From the NCBI GenBank assembly GCA_002331145.1, contig DCYT01000004.1, positions 1 through 46,301 on the forward strand: a DNA stretch of 46,301 nt, written 5' to 3'. The stretch comes from Candidatus Minusculum obligatum (GTDB taxonomy: Bacteria; Patescibacteriota; Minisyncoccia; Phycocordibacterales; Phycocordibacteraceae). Shown one piece after another: positions 38,982 through 46,301 of the stretch; positions within the stretch are counted from its first letter, which is position 1, and the number at the start of each line of letters is the position of its first letter. Both the position numbers and the translations under genes were made by a program. The notes beneath the pieces are model-generated. The model was given only the letters and a program-made list of their open reading frames with translations. It searched no databases and was not told where the DNA came from.

Positions 38982-39827
38982 ATGAAGAAATATCTGAACC
39001 TGTTAGACGACGTATTAGAAAATGGAGTAGACCGAGAAGGACGAAATGGAACTACACGTGCAGTCTTTGCACGCCAGGCCCGCTTTAATCTAGAAGACGG
39101 CTTCCCTGCAGTTACTACAAAGAAACTTGCCTGGAAGGCAGTAGTGTCTGAGCTGCTTTGGTTTATCGAAGGCTCAGGAGATGACAATCGTCTGAAAGAA
39201 ATTCTAGGGAAAGATAAAACTATCTGGAGCGCTAATGCGAATGCTGACTATTGGAAGCCAAAGGCAAAATTTGATGGAGACCTTGGACGAGTATATGGAG
39301 TGCAGTGGAGATCTTGGCAAAAGCCAGATGGAAGTACAGTAGATCAATTAGCTGAAGTTATTGAGCGTATCAAAAACGATCCCTATGATCGAAGATTGAT
39401 CGTAAGCGCTTGGAATCCAGGAGAGCTAGACCTTATGGCGCTTCCCCCTTGTCATATGTTCTTCCAGTTTTTTGTAACTCCAGATGAATCTGGGAAACCT
39501 GCAAAGCTGTCGCTTCACATGGTGCAACGAAGTTGTGATCTATTCCTTGGAGTTCCATTTAACATTGCATCGTATGCCCTCCTTCTTTCTATGGTGGCGC
39601 AGGTAACGGGACTTAAACCATTTGAGCTTGTTATGAGTTTTAATGACCTGCATATATATGAAGATCATCTTGATGCTGTAAAAGAGCAGTTGAAACGAGA
39701 ACCTATGGACCTCCCCGCTCTTAAACTCAATCCTGATATTAAAAACATTGATGATTTCACAATGGATGATATTGAATTAGAGGGCTACAAATCGCATGAC
39801 ACCATAAAGGCGAAGATGGCAGTGTAG
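38982..39827 (+). CDS. thyA: thymidylate synthase
   Basis: FPAVTTKK, ELLWFI, VYGVQWR, MALPPCH, QRSCDLFLGVPFNIASY. Confidence 0.98.
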   Translation: MKKYLNLLDDVLENGVDREGRNGTTRAVFARQARFNLEDGFPAVTTKKLAWKAVVSELLWFIEGSGDDNRLKEILGKDKTIWSANANADYWKPKAKFDGDLGRVYGVQWRSWQKPDGSTVDQLAEVIERIKNDPYDRRLIVSAWNPGELDLMALPPCHMFFQFFVTPDESGKPAKLSLHMVQRSCDLFLGVPFNIASYALLLSMVAQVTGLKPFELVMSFNDLHIYEDHLDAVKEQLKREPMDLPALKLNPDIKNIDDFTMDDIELEGYKSHDTIKAKMAV

Positions 39828-39851
39828 AATACAAGAGGAAAGGAGATGATT

Positions 39852-40379
39852 ATGGCTATCAAACTTATTGCAGCAATTGGAGATAAGCGTCTCCTGGGAA
39901 TCAAAAAGGAGGGAAAGCATATCCTTCCTTGGCACATTCCTGAAGATTTTAAGCACTTTAAACACAGCACGAATGGTTGCGCGATTATCATGGGGCGCAC
40001 TACCTGGGAATCTCTTCCCAATCGTCCGCTCCCAAATAGAACGAACATCATTCTCACGAGAGATCCAGATTATGCTGCCAAAGGTGGACATGTGTTCCAC
40101 GACTTACAAGAAGCAATTGCTTTCGGCGAAAGTGTAAGTGGCGAAACTGATATCTGGATTATCGGTGGCGCAAATATTTATGAGCAAGCGCTTCCCTACG
40201 TAGAGGAGATGTCTCTTACGAGAGTACAAGAAGAGCTGCTTCCTCCTCCCATGGAAAATGAAGAGCATATTCTCTTCCCAGAGTATGAAGATGCTTTTGA
40301 ATGTACTGAAGCAACTCCATACAAACCATCAGACAATCGCAACCTCCCCTATCGCTTCGAGACTTGGAAGCAGAAATAA
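39852..40379 (+). CDS. folA: dihydrofolate reductase
   Basis: LPWHIPEDFKHFK, IMGRTTWESL, PLPNRTNIILT, IIGGANIY. Confidence 0.95.
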   Translation: MAIKLIAAIGDKRLLGIKKEGKHILPWHIPEDFKHFKHSTNGCAIIMGRTTWESLPNRPLPNRTNIILTRDPDYAAKGGHVFHDLQEAIAFGESVSGETDIWIIGGANIYEQALPYVEEMSLTRVQEELLPPPMENEEHILFPEYEDAFECTEATPYKPSDNRNLPYRFETWKQK

Positions 40380-40382
40380 GGA

Positions 40383-40410
40383 AAGGGCTTGGAGTTATCT
40401 CCAAGCCCTT
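40383..40410. terminator. bidirectional terminator
   Basis: AAGGGCTTGG...CCAAGCCCTT between convergent genes. Confidence 0.75.
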
Positions 40411-41113
40411 ATTTTCTTGCCCTAATCCACTTGAGCAATCCTGCCCAATCTGCAATATAGCCACAATTATCTTTAGAGATAAAATCTGTAATCTCATTAG
40501 TATTGTAACGATGCATAAAGAGCATTCGGACAGTAGCAAGTGAATCGTCACCCTCTGCAATAAGTTGACGCTTTTTGTCATCTACGAAAAGATCGTATTT
40601 AACAAGTAGCCTTGTCTTGTCTTTTGCTCCAAAGATAGTTGGAAGATGAAGATCGTGCGCTTTACACCAATTCCTCACAACCTCAGCTGGAAGACCTCGG
40701 CCTCGAGAAGTAACAATACTTACGTCGTGTCCTTCTTCAAGAAGCTCCTTGATTCCTTCAAGCGCCCCCGGAATCTCCGGAATATTCTCCGCATATTCAG
40801 AGCGCTCATAAAGCACCTCCTTCATAGCTTCATATTCTTCAAGAGAAATAGAGAGCAATGTCCCATCTTCTTTTTGAGACTTGTCTTCCAAGACCCAGTC
40901 TTTGGTGAAGGCAAAGACTGGGGTGCGCCCCGACACAACATCTTCAAACATTTTGCGGTATTCAGGCGAGAACGGAACAATTCCGTCATTACCTGAGAAT
41001 GGCCCCATTACCGGCGCACCATTCTCAAAGGTGCCGTGTAGTTCCATTAGTATAAGACGACGTGCCTCATGCACATCAGCAATGACCCCAGACCAATCTA
41101 GTCCAATCTTCAT
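40409..41113 (-). CDS. HAD-superfamily 5'(3')-deoxyribonucleotidase-like protein
   Basis: IGLDWSGVIAD, IPGALEGI, IVTSR, FVDD. Confidence 0.8.
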   Translation of the reverse strand: MKIGLDWSGVIADVHEARRLILMELHGTFENGAPVMGPFSGNDGIVPFSPEYRKMFEDVVSGRTPVFAFTKDWVLEDKSQKEDGTLLSISLEEYEAMKEVLYERSEYAENIPEIPGALEGIKELLEEGHDVSIVTSRGRGLPAEVVRNWCKAHDLHLPTIFGAKDKTRLLVKYDLFVDDKKRQLIAEGDDSLATVRMLFMHRYNTNEITDFISKDNCGYIADWAGLLKWIRARK

Positions 41114-41160
41114 TGGCGACTCCTTTTCTTGTCTGTATATGAAGGTACAGGAGCCCAAAC

Positions 41161-41187
41161 AAAAAACAAGCCTTTCGGCTTGTTTTT
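41161..41187 (-). terminator. terminator directly after rplK
   Basis: AAAAACAAGCC-TTTC-GGCTTGTTTTT. Confidence 0.85.
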
Positions 41188-41191
41188 GAGA

Positions 41192-41611
41192 TTACTCTGT
41201 GTCTACTCCCATGGAACGAGCTGTTCCTGCAATAACCTTCTTTGCTTGCTCTAGGTCTTTTGCATTGAGGTCATCCATCTTCTCGGTTGCAATTGCTGCG
41301 AGCTGATCTTGAGATAGTTTTCCTACCTTAGAAACGTTTGGCTTTCCTGATCCCTTTGGCTTTCCGATTGCCTTAAGGATAAGTCGTGAAGCTGGAGGTT
41401 TCTTAAGTGTGAATGTAAATGATCGATCATCATATACAAATAGGTCTACAGGAATGATATCTCCCATCATTTCCCGTGTCTGGTCGTTGAACTGGTTTAC
41501 GAAATCACCGATGTTGATTCCAGCCGGTCCAAGAACAGTTCCAACAGGAGGGGCTGGTGTTGCCTTCCCTGCGGGAATCTGGAGTTTAATTTTCTTTACT
41601 ATTTCTGCCAT
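41192..41611 (-). CDS. rplK: 50S ribosomal protein L11
   Basis: AGKATPAPPVG and IAGTARSMGV. Confidence 0.98.
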   Translation of the reverse strand: MAEIVKKIKLQIPAGKATPAPPVGTVLGPAGINIGDFVNQFNDQTREMMGDIIPVDLFVYDDRSFTFTLKKPPASRLILKAIGKPKGSGKPNVSKVGKLSQDQLAAIATEKMDDLNAKDLEQAKKVIAGTARSMGVDTE

Positions 41612-41628
41612 ATGCCTCCGTATACTAC

Positions 41629-42174
41629 TTATATTTTCTTAACCTGCAAGAAGTCGAGCTCAACCGGTGTCTCACGTCCAAACATAGACACAAGAACCTT
41701 TACCTTTCCTCGCTCCTCATCTACCTCTCCAATCTTTCCTTCAAGCTCCTTAAATGGTCCATCTGTGATGGTAACTGCATCATCAACCTGAAGATCGATC
41801 TTGTGCTTAACCACCTCAGTGTTCATTCGGTTCATGAGCTGATCTACCTCAGCCTGACTCATAGGCACAGGATGGATTCCTGATCCTACGAACCCTGTTA
41901 CTCGTGGAGTATTTCGAACTACATACCATGAGTCATCATCTACAATCATTTTTACAAGGATGTATCCAGGATATACGCGCTCCTCTTCTGTTACGCGCTT
42001 CCCTGCCTTCACCTTGATCTTCTTCTCAGTTGGAACAACAACCTCATAGATCTTGTCCTCCATTCCAAGAGACTCAATTCGCTGCCTTAGATTTCGCGCA
42101 ACGGCATTCTCATACCCTGAGTATGTGTGAATCGCATACCAATGCGCATCTGCTGTAATTTCTTGTTTTGCCAT
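41629..42174 (-). CDS. nusG: transcription factor NusG
   Basis: [40 protein letters not shown]. Confidence 0.98.
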   Translation of the reverse strand: MAKQEITADAHWYAIHTYSGYENAVARNLRQRIESLGMEDKIYEVVVPTEKKIKVKAGKRVTEEERVYPGYILVKMIVDDDSWYVVRNTPRVTGFVGSGIHPVPMSQAEVDQLMNRMNTEVVKHKIDLQVDDAVTITDGPFKELEGKIGEVDEERGKVKVLVSMFGRETPVELDFLQVKKI

Positions 42175-42176
42175 AT

Positions 42177-42359
42177 TTAGAAGATGAACTGCTCAGCAAT
42201 ACTAGTAAGCACAAAGTCGAACGCTCCTAGGAGTGCTGCAACAAAAAGTGAAATACCAATAACAAGTAGCGAGTATGCAATTGCCTGTCGGCGCGTTGGC
42301 CATGAGACATGCTGCATCTCTCCACGTACGTCCTTTAAATAATTGAAGAATGATTTCAT
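42177..42359 (-). CDS. secE: preprotein translocase SecE
   Basis: [10 protein letters not shown] plus a single TM; upstream of nusG. Confidence 0.95.
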   Translation of the reverse strand: MKSFFNYLKDVRGEMQHVSWPTRRQAIAYSLLVIGISLFVAALLGAFDFVLTSIAEQFIF

Positions 42360-42397
42360 GATTTTAAAAAAGCCCTTTCGGGCCCTTACTTACTTGG

Positions 42398-42425
42398 AGT
42401 ATAGCACTTATCTGCCTTAGGTCAA
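42398..42425 (-). promoter_or_regulatory. sigma70 promoter of secE-nusG-rplK
   Basis: TTGACC-N16-TATACT with extended TG. Confidence 0.7.
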
Positions 42426-42442
42426 TAGAAAAGGACGGCCTG

Positions 42443-42829
42443 TTAAGACCGTCCCACTTTCTTGCGTTCCCAAATTTCCATAGGACTTGTGGGGCCAGTA
42501 GGGCCAGACTTAGTTGGAACAACTGGCTTTTTTCGAGCAGCGGCAGCAAAAGCTTTTTCTATTGCTACAAGTTCCTCCACCTTAGCGGCAATTTCCTCTA
42601 AGGTACTCTCAATGGCGTACGTTGAGAGAAAATAATCCCAGGAATGTGAGCCTTGCTTTACCCTTCCCCTTACACGCTTAACAAGATTATTATATGAAAT
42701 AACATCTCGAAAGATTTTGGGGAATTTTTTGTACAGAAGGCTTGCAACTTCTTCGAAAGACTTTCCTTCCATTATCTTTTTTGCAATGAATTGCAAAATT
42801 TCATCGGTCCAAGAGATTCGAAATCTCAT
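42443..42829 (-). CDS. hypothetical basic protein, possible N-terminal HTH (ORFan)
   Basis: AAGGAGG SD; WTDEILQFIAKKIMEGKSFEEVASLL resembles an HTH. Confidence 0.6.
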   Translation of the reverse strand: MRFRISWTDEILQFIAKKIMEGKSFEEVASLLYKKFPKIFRDVISYNNLVKRVRGRVKQGSHSWDYFLSTYAIESTLEEIAAKVEELVAIEKAFAAAARKKPVVPTKSGPTGPTSPMEIWERKKVGRS

Positions 42830-42888
42830 GAGAACCTCCTTCTTTTGCCTGCGCTTGGTATAGCACAAAGAAGTTTTGAATGCGACCT

Positions 42889-43692
42889 CTACCGAATTTC
42901 GTACGTAATATTTACGCGAGCGGTAATCTCACTCTCTCCTACTGGGATTTCAGGCGTTGCACTTCCCCCCTTTGCAAATGAAGAATCAAATGCAGCTTCG
43001 TACATAGGATATCCATATCGATCGCTACTCTCCCAAAAGCCAACAACTCGCACAAGACTTACCCCAAGATCCTTTGCAAGGGTTCGGGCCTTGTCTTTTG
43101 CTTCTTTAATAGCCTCTTCTCGAGCCTCGGCTTGAATCTTATCTAGATCATCGATCTCAAAGTTTGGTCCGTGAATGTTTTGCACATTCATTTCTCCAAG
43201 ACCTCCAAGAACTACCCCTACTTGATCTAGGTCCCGAATTTTCACCGATACACTCTGACTTACCTCATACCCACTAAGTACCTGCTCTCCTCCCCTACAT
43301 GGCACACCCGGCAGACATGTTGTCTGAATGTAGTCATACTGAGGATATACATTGTATGAATTTGTCTTGATATCCTTGTCTGCAATATCCTGATCATCAA
43401 GGTATGCAAGCACTGAGCTTATAAGCTCTGTTGTCTGCGATTGTGCTGACGCAACAGTATCTTCCTCAAAAGAAACGGTGAATGAGATTGTTGCAATATC
43501 TGGCACTGCAACCGCTTCTCCCACTCCCTCAACTGAGATAGTATTTGTGGCAGGAACGCCACTTCCGATAAATCGAAGCTCCATGATTCCGGCAAGAGTT
43601 TGTACTGCCAAAAATGCAGCAAGGAGGAAAAATACTGCAATAAGTGCGTTATTTTTCTTCCAGTCCATAATTTTTTCAAATATTTCTTTCAT
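42889..43692 (-). CDS. SIMPL (DUF541) domain protein
   Basis: ISVEGVGEAVAVPDIA, IKTNSYNVYPQY, AREEAIKEAKDKA..LA. Confidence 0.92.
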   Translation of the reverse strand: MKEIFEKIMDWKKNNALIAVFFLLAAFLAVQTLAGIMELRFIGSGVPATNTISVEGVGEAVAVPDIATISFTVSFEEDTVASAQSQTTELISSVLAYLDDQDIADKDIKTNSYNVYPQYDYIQTTCLPGVPCRGGEQVLSGYEVSQSVSVKIRDLDQVGVVLGGLGEMNVQNIHGPNFEIDDLDKIQAEAREEAIKEAKDKARTLAKDLGVSLVRVVGFWESSDRYGYPMYEAAFDSSFAKGGSATPEIPVGESEITARVNITYEIR

Positions 43693-43769
43693 ATGCGGGC
43701 AGTATATCAGTTTGGTTTACTTTTGTATTTAGTGCAGGTATGGTGGCACTAGAAAGAAAGGAGGTTCTC

Positions 43770-43991
43770 ATGGAGCTTACAGAGACCGTTATCGACCTGC
43801 CACCTGAAGAAGGCTCTGATGAGTTCCTTCGGGTGAGAAAATGTGAGTTTGGCCCAAACTCAGATATTGAAACTGAGTATTGGATTCAACGAGTTATAAG
43901 AATGAAAAAAGATCTTGTTTCGGTTCTTTTTAGTTTTAGAATCACGGAAGATGAATTTCTCACTCTTGTCGACAAGGTTTTGAAATCATGA
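43770..43991 (+). CDS. small hypothetical protein 1
   Basis: AAGGAGG SD; ATGA overlap with the next ORF. Confidence 0.65.
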   Translation: MELTETVIDLPPEEGSDEFLRVRKCEFGPNSDIETEYWIQRVIRMKKDLVSVLFSFRITEDEFLTLVDKVLKS

Positions 43992-44239
43992 GGTACACGA
44001 AGTCAAAACTTCTTGCGCAAAGTGCTAGCGGCACTTTCTGTGTGACACACGGATTTTATGCAGGAAGAGACAATTACAGACTTCGCAGAACTACGGGAAG
44101 CGGAGCTCTGTCGGATCAAATGGTTCTTTCAAAGGAAGAGCTCAAAATAACAGCGGAGGCATTGTCATGGCTGGAACTACTAAGAATCTTGGTACGAAAA
44201 CTTGTGCGTCGACACGACATACGTACCAACTCACCCTAG
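43988..44239 (+). CDS. small hypothetical protein 2
   Basis: Translationally coupled to the previous ORF (ATGA). Confidence 0.6.
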   Translation: MRYTKSKLLAQSASGTFCVTHGFYAGRDNYRLRRTTGSGALSDQMVLSKEELKITAEALSWLELLRILVRKLVRRHDIRTNSP

Positions 44240-44391
44240 AGCCACATCCAACAATACGTGGATGTCAGCTCGCAAAGATAACCGACATAACAAAGACTTC
44301 ACGTCTTGAATCTGGTGTCTACCCAGTAGAAATTCTTCTTTGGGCAGCAGAAAAACTTGCCGCTTTGAAGAAACCTTTCAGGGGGCCGTAA
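44167..44391 (+). CDS. small hypothetical protein 3
   Basis: GGAGG 7 nt before the ATG; overlaps the previous ORF by 73 nt. Confidence 0.5.
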   Translation: MAGTTKNLGTKTCASTRHTYQLTLEPHPTIRGCQLAKITDITKTSRLESGVYPVEILLWAAEKLAALKKPFRGP

Positions 44392-44412
44392 TAGAAATAT
44401 TACGGCCTCTTT

Positions 44413-44922
44413 TTATTTATAGAGCTCTACTGTCTTTGCCACCTCCTCGCAAATACCATCAATACACTCTAGTTTTTGGACTTCTTCTGCATTTACCCAC
44501 GTATGGTCATCAAAACACCCCTCCTCAAGAACCACATCTCCACTTTTATATGAGACAGCAAGTTTAATAAGCACTACAGGAATACCATCTGGCCGAATAA
44601 AGGTATTGGAGTTAATAAATTTAAAATCGTCATTCAATTCAACACCTGCCTCTTCCATTGTTTCTCTTTTAAGAAGAGCTTCTACAGAATCGAGATAATC
44701 GAGCACTTCTCCATTTAGACGAGTTGGATGCTCTAGATCAAAATCATTCCACTCCATCTTCCCTCCTGGTGTTGCCCACCTTCCAGGATGCACCCTTTCA
44801 GTTTCTGAGCGCTTTAACAAAAGACATCGTCCGTCTTCTTTTCGATACACGAGTGCATTTGCTACAAAATAGAAAAGTTTATTTTCCTTTGCTTCCTTAA
44901 TACTTACTTCCTTTGCTGGCAT
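44413..44922 (-). CDS. NUDIX hydrolase
   Basis: LLLKRS, WATPGGKME...LKRETMEEAG; the Nudix box is interrupted by an insertion. Confidence 0.88.
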   Translation of the reverse strand: MPAKEVSIKEAKENKLFYFVANALVYRKEDGRCLLLKRSETERVHPGRWATPGGKMEWNDFDLEHPTRLNGEVLDYLDSVEALLKRETMEEAGVELNDDFKFINSNTFIRPDGIPVVLIKLAVSYKSGDVVLEEGCFDDHTWVNAEEVQKLECIDGICEEVAKTVELYK

Positions 44923-44923
44923 A

Positions 44924-45550
44924 TTATATTTTTATACTTCTAACAACTTCTTCTACTGTCTCTAGATCTTCAAGGTCTTCTATGTCGAAGTCTTCCATCC
45001 AATTCTCAACCGCAATGTCTCGCAGTGCTACAAGCACCAGGAAATCTTCAAGGAAGATTCCATATGTTACCTCTACCGTTGCTTCAAATCGCTCATTTAC
45101 AATTCGATACACTTCCCTCTCTCCTATAGCTACTACTTCAAAATCTTCAAGAGATTCTGGATGTAAGTCAGATGGCGTAAGGGTTACCTTTTCTAGGATT
45201 ACCTCTTCAGGAGTTTCAGTTTTAAATGCGTGAACACTAATGCTGTTTGAAATTACATTTGGTTCTTTTGAGTAGAATCCTAGACGCCCTTCAACTATTG
45301 AAGAGAGTAATGGGAGCGTGTCTATAAATCCATTGGGTGCGGTAAATGAGATTGGATCTGTACTACATGCTTCAAATTCACAGTGAGGGCCTGTGCGCCC
45401 TACTGCAGAACCATCTGGGCAGATGCGGGCTTCAAGCGTACAGGCAACGGGCCCTTCAGGAGTGCTTCTGTCACGAAGTGCATTTTGATAAAGAAAACTA
45501 CCGAGCCCTAATAGAATAATGAGTACAACACCAAGGAATAATTCTTTCAT
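44924..45550 (-). CDS. membrane-anchored protein with CPR-type Cys motif
   Basis: TM then ACTLEARICPDGSAVGRTGPHCEFEAC. Confidence 0.75.
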   Translation of the reverse strand: MKELFLGVVLIILLGLGSFLYQNALRDRSTPEGPVACTLEARICPDGSAVGRTGPHCEFEACSTDPISFTAPNGFIDTLPLLSSIVEGRLGFYSKEPNVISNSISVHAFKTETPEEVILEKVTLTPSDLHPESLEDFEVVAIGEREVYRIVNERFEATVEVTYGIFLEDFLVLVALRDIAVENWMEDFDIEDLEDLETVEEVVRSIKI

Positions 45551-45594
45551 TCTGTAAATCGTATCACGAAGTAGAAAATGCTACAGTGTTTGCA

Positions 45595-46301
45595 ATGAAG
45601 CGCATAGTTACAGTATTAATCATTGTCTTTGTTGCTTTTCCCCTTGTTGCCATATCTGGTGACTTTGTTATTCCTGAAGACTCTAAAAACCAAATCCTCT
45701 TCTTGCCAGGAACTCAAGCGAGTCGTTTATATTCGTTTTCTGACAATGGAAGTTTTGAGCGTGTGTGGGAGCCATTAGGCAATGGTGATCTTAGAGAGCT
45801 TGAGATGACGGAATCTGGAGAGAGTGTAAATGATATTCGTGTTGGACAAGTCATGGATAGAATTTTTGGAGGAGAAACTATTTATGGAAAAAATGATTTT
45901 GATACCACAAACCAAATTTTTTCTAATCCAAAACTACTTAAGCCGCTAAGACTAGAAGACAGTCTTACTCCTGAGACACAAAAATATTTTTCAGCATACC
46001 AACTGTGGGTCGCATACCCCTACGACTGGAGGTATGACGTCTTCGATATTATTAGAGATGGAACTCTTCGCATGGATGGAGAACGACAGTATCTTGTTGA
46101 GGTTGTAGAAGCACTTGCAGAAAAAAGTGGAAAGATAAATATTGTTGCTCACTCAAATGGAGGTCTTTTAGCAAAAGCTTTAATGGTTCACCTTGAGGAA
46201 ATTGGAAAAGAAGAGCTTGTGGAGAAAATTTTTCTTGTTGGAACACCTCAACTTGGAACACCAGAGGCAATAGGAGGACTTTTACACGGATACAAACAAA
46301 T
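45595..46301 (+). CDS. secreted LCAT/lipase-like alpha/beta hydrolase, truncated by the window edge (absent from ORF track)
   Basis: Hand translation: signal peptide, ILFLPGTQASRL, YPYDWR, nucleophile elbow IVAHSNGGL, GTPQLGTP. Open to the end of the window. Confidence 0.88.
   Translation, partial: MKRIVTVLIIVFVAFPLVAISGDFVIPEDSKNQILFLPGTQASRLYSFSDNGSFERVWEPLGNGDLRELEMTESGESVNDIRVGQVMDRIFGGETIYGKNDFDTTNQIFSNPKLLKPLRLEDSLTPETQKYFSAYQLWVAYPYDWRYDVFDIIRDGTLRMDGERQYLVEVVEALAEKSGKINIVAHSNGGLLAKALMVHLEEIGKEELVEKIFLVGTPQLGTPEAIGGLLHGYKQ

Overview
Chromosomal window from a small-genome Patescibacteria (CPR) bacterium, most likely Parcubacteria. This is inferred from CPR-typical protein families, rplK with no adjacent rplA, a 23S rRNA unlinked from 16S, and standard-code TGA stops. 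Most genes are on the minus strand. Housekeeping content: 5' end of 23S rRNA, rplJ-rplL with an L10 leader, ftsK-recA-efp, rpsF-ssb-rpsR, tatD, metG, glyQS, recO, ileS, argS, glyA, tmk, thyA-folA and secE-nusG-rplK. It also holds a large S-layer-like protein next to an O-antigen-ligase/TPR gene, a DinJ-YafQ-type toxin-antitoxin pair, and many interspersed single-gene ORFans. The best candidates for undescribed biology are: (1) a four-helix-bundle/wHTH gene divergent from ftsK whose own DNA carries clustered TGTCCTTTA repeats; (2) a ~300-nt hairpin-rich candidate ncRNA after efp; (3) an apparently intact histidine-phosphatase domain inserted in IleRS; (4) a cassette-like accessory block (25.5-29.5 kb) with a thrice-repeated 14-mer and a synonymously diverged thermonuclease remnant; (5) leaderless core genes contrasting with strong-SD ORFans; (6) attenuator-like leaders before the 23S and before secE-nusG-rplK. 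All calls were made by eye; no searches or folding programs were run.
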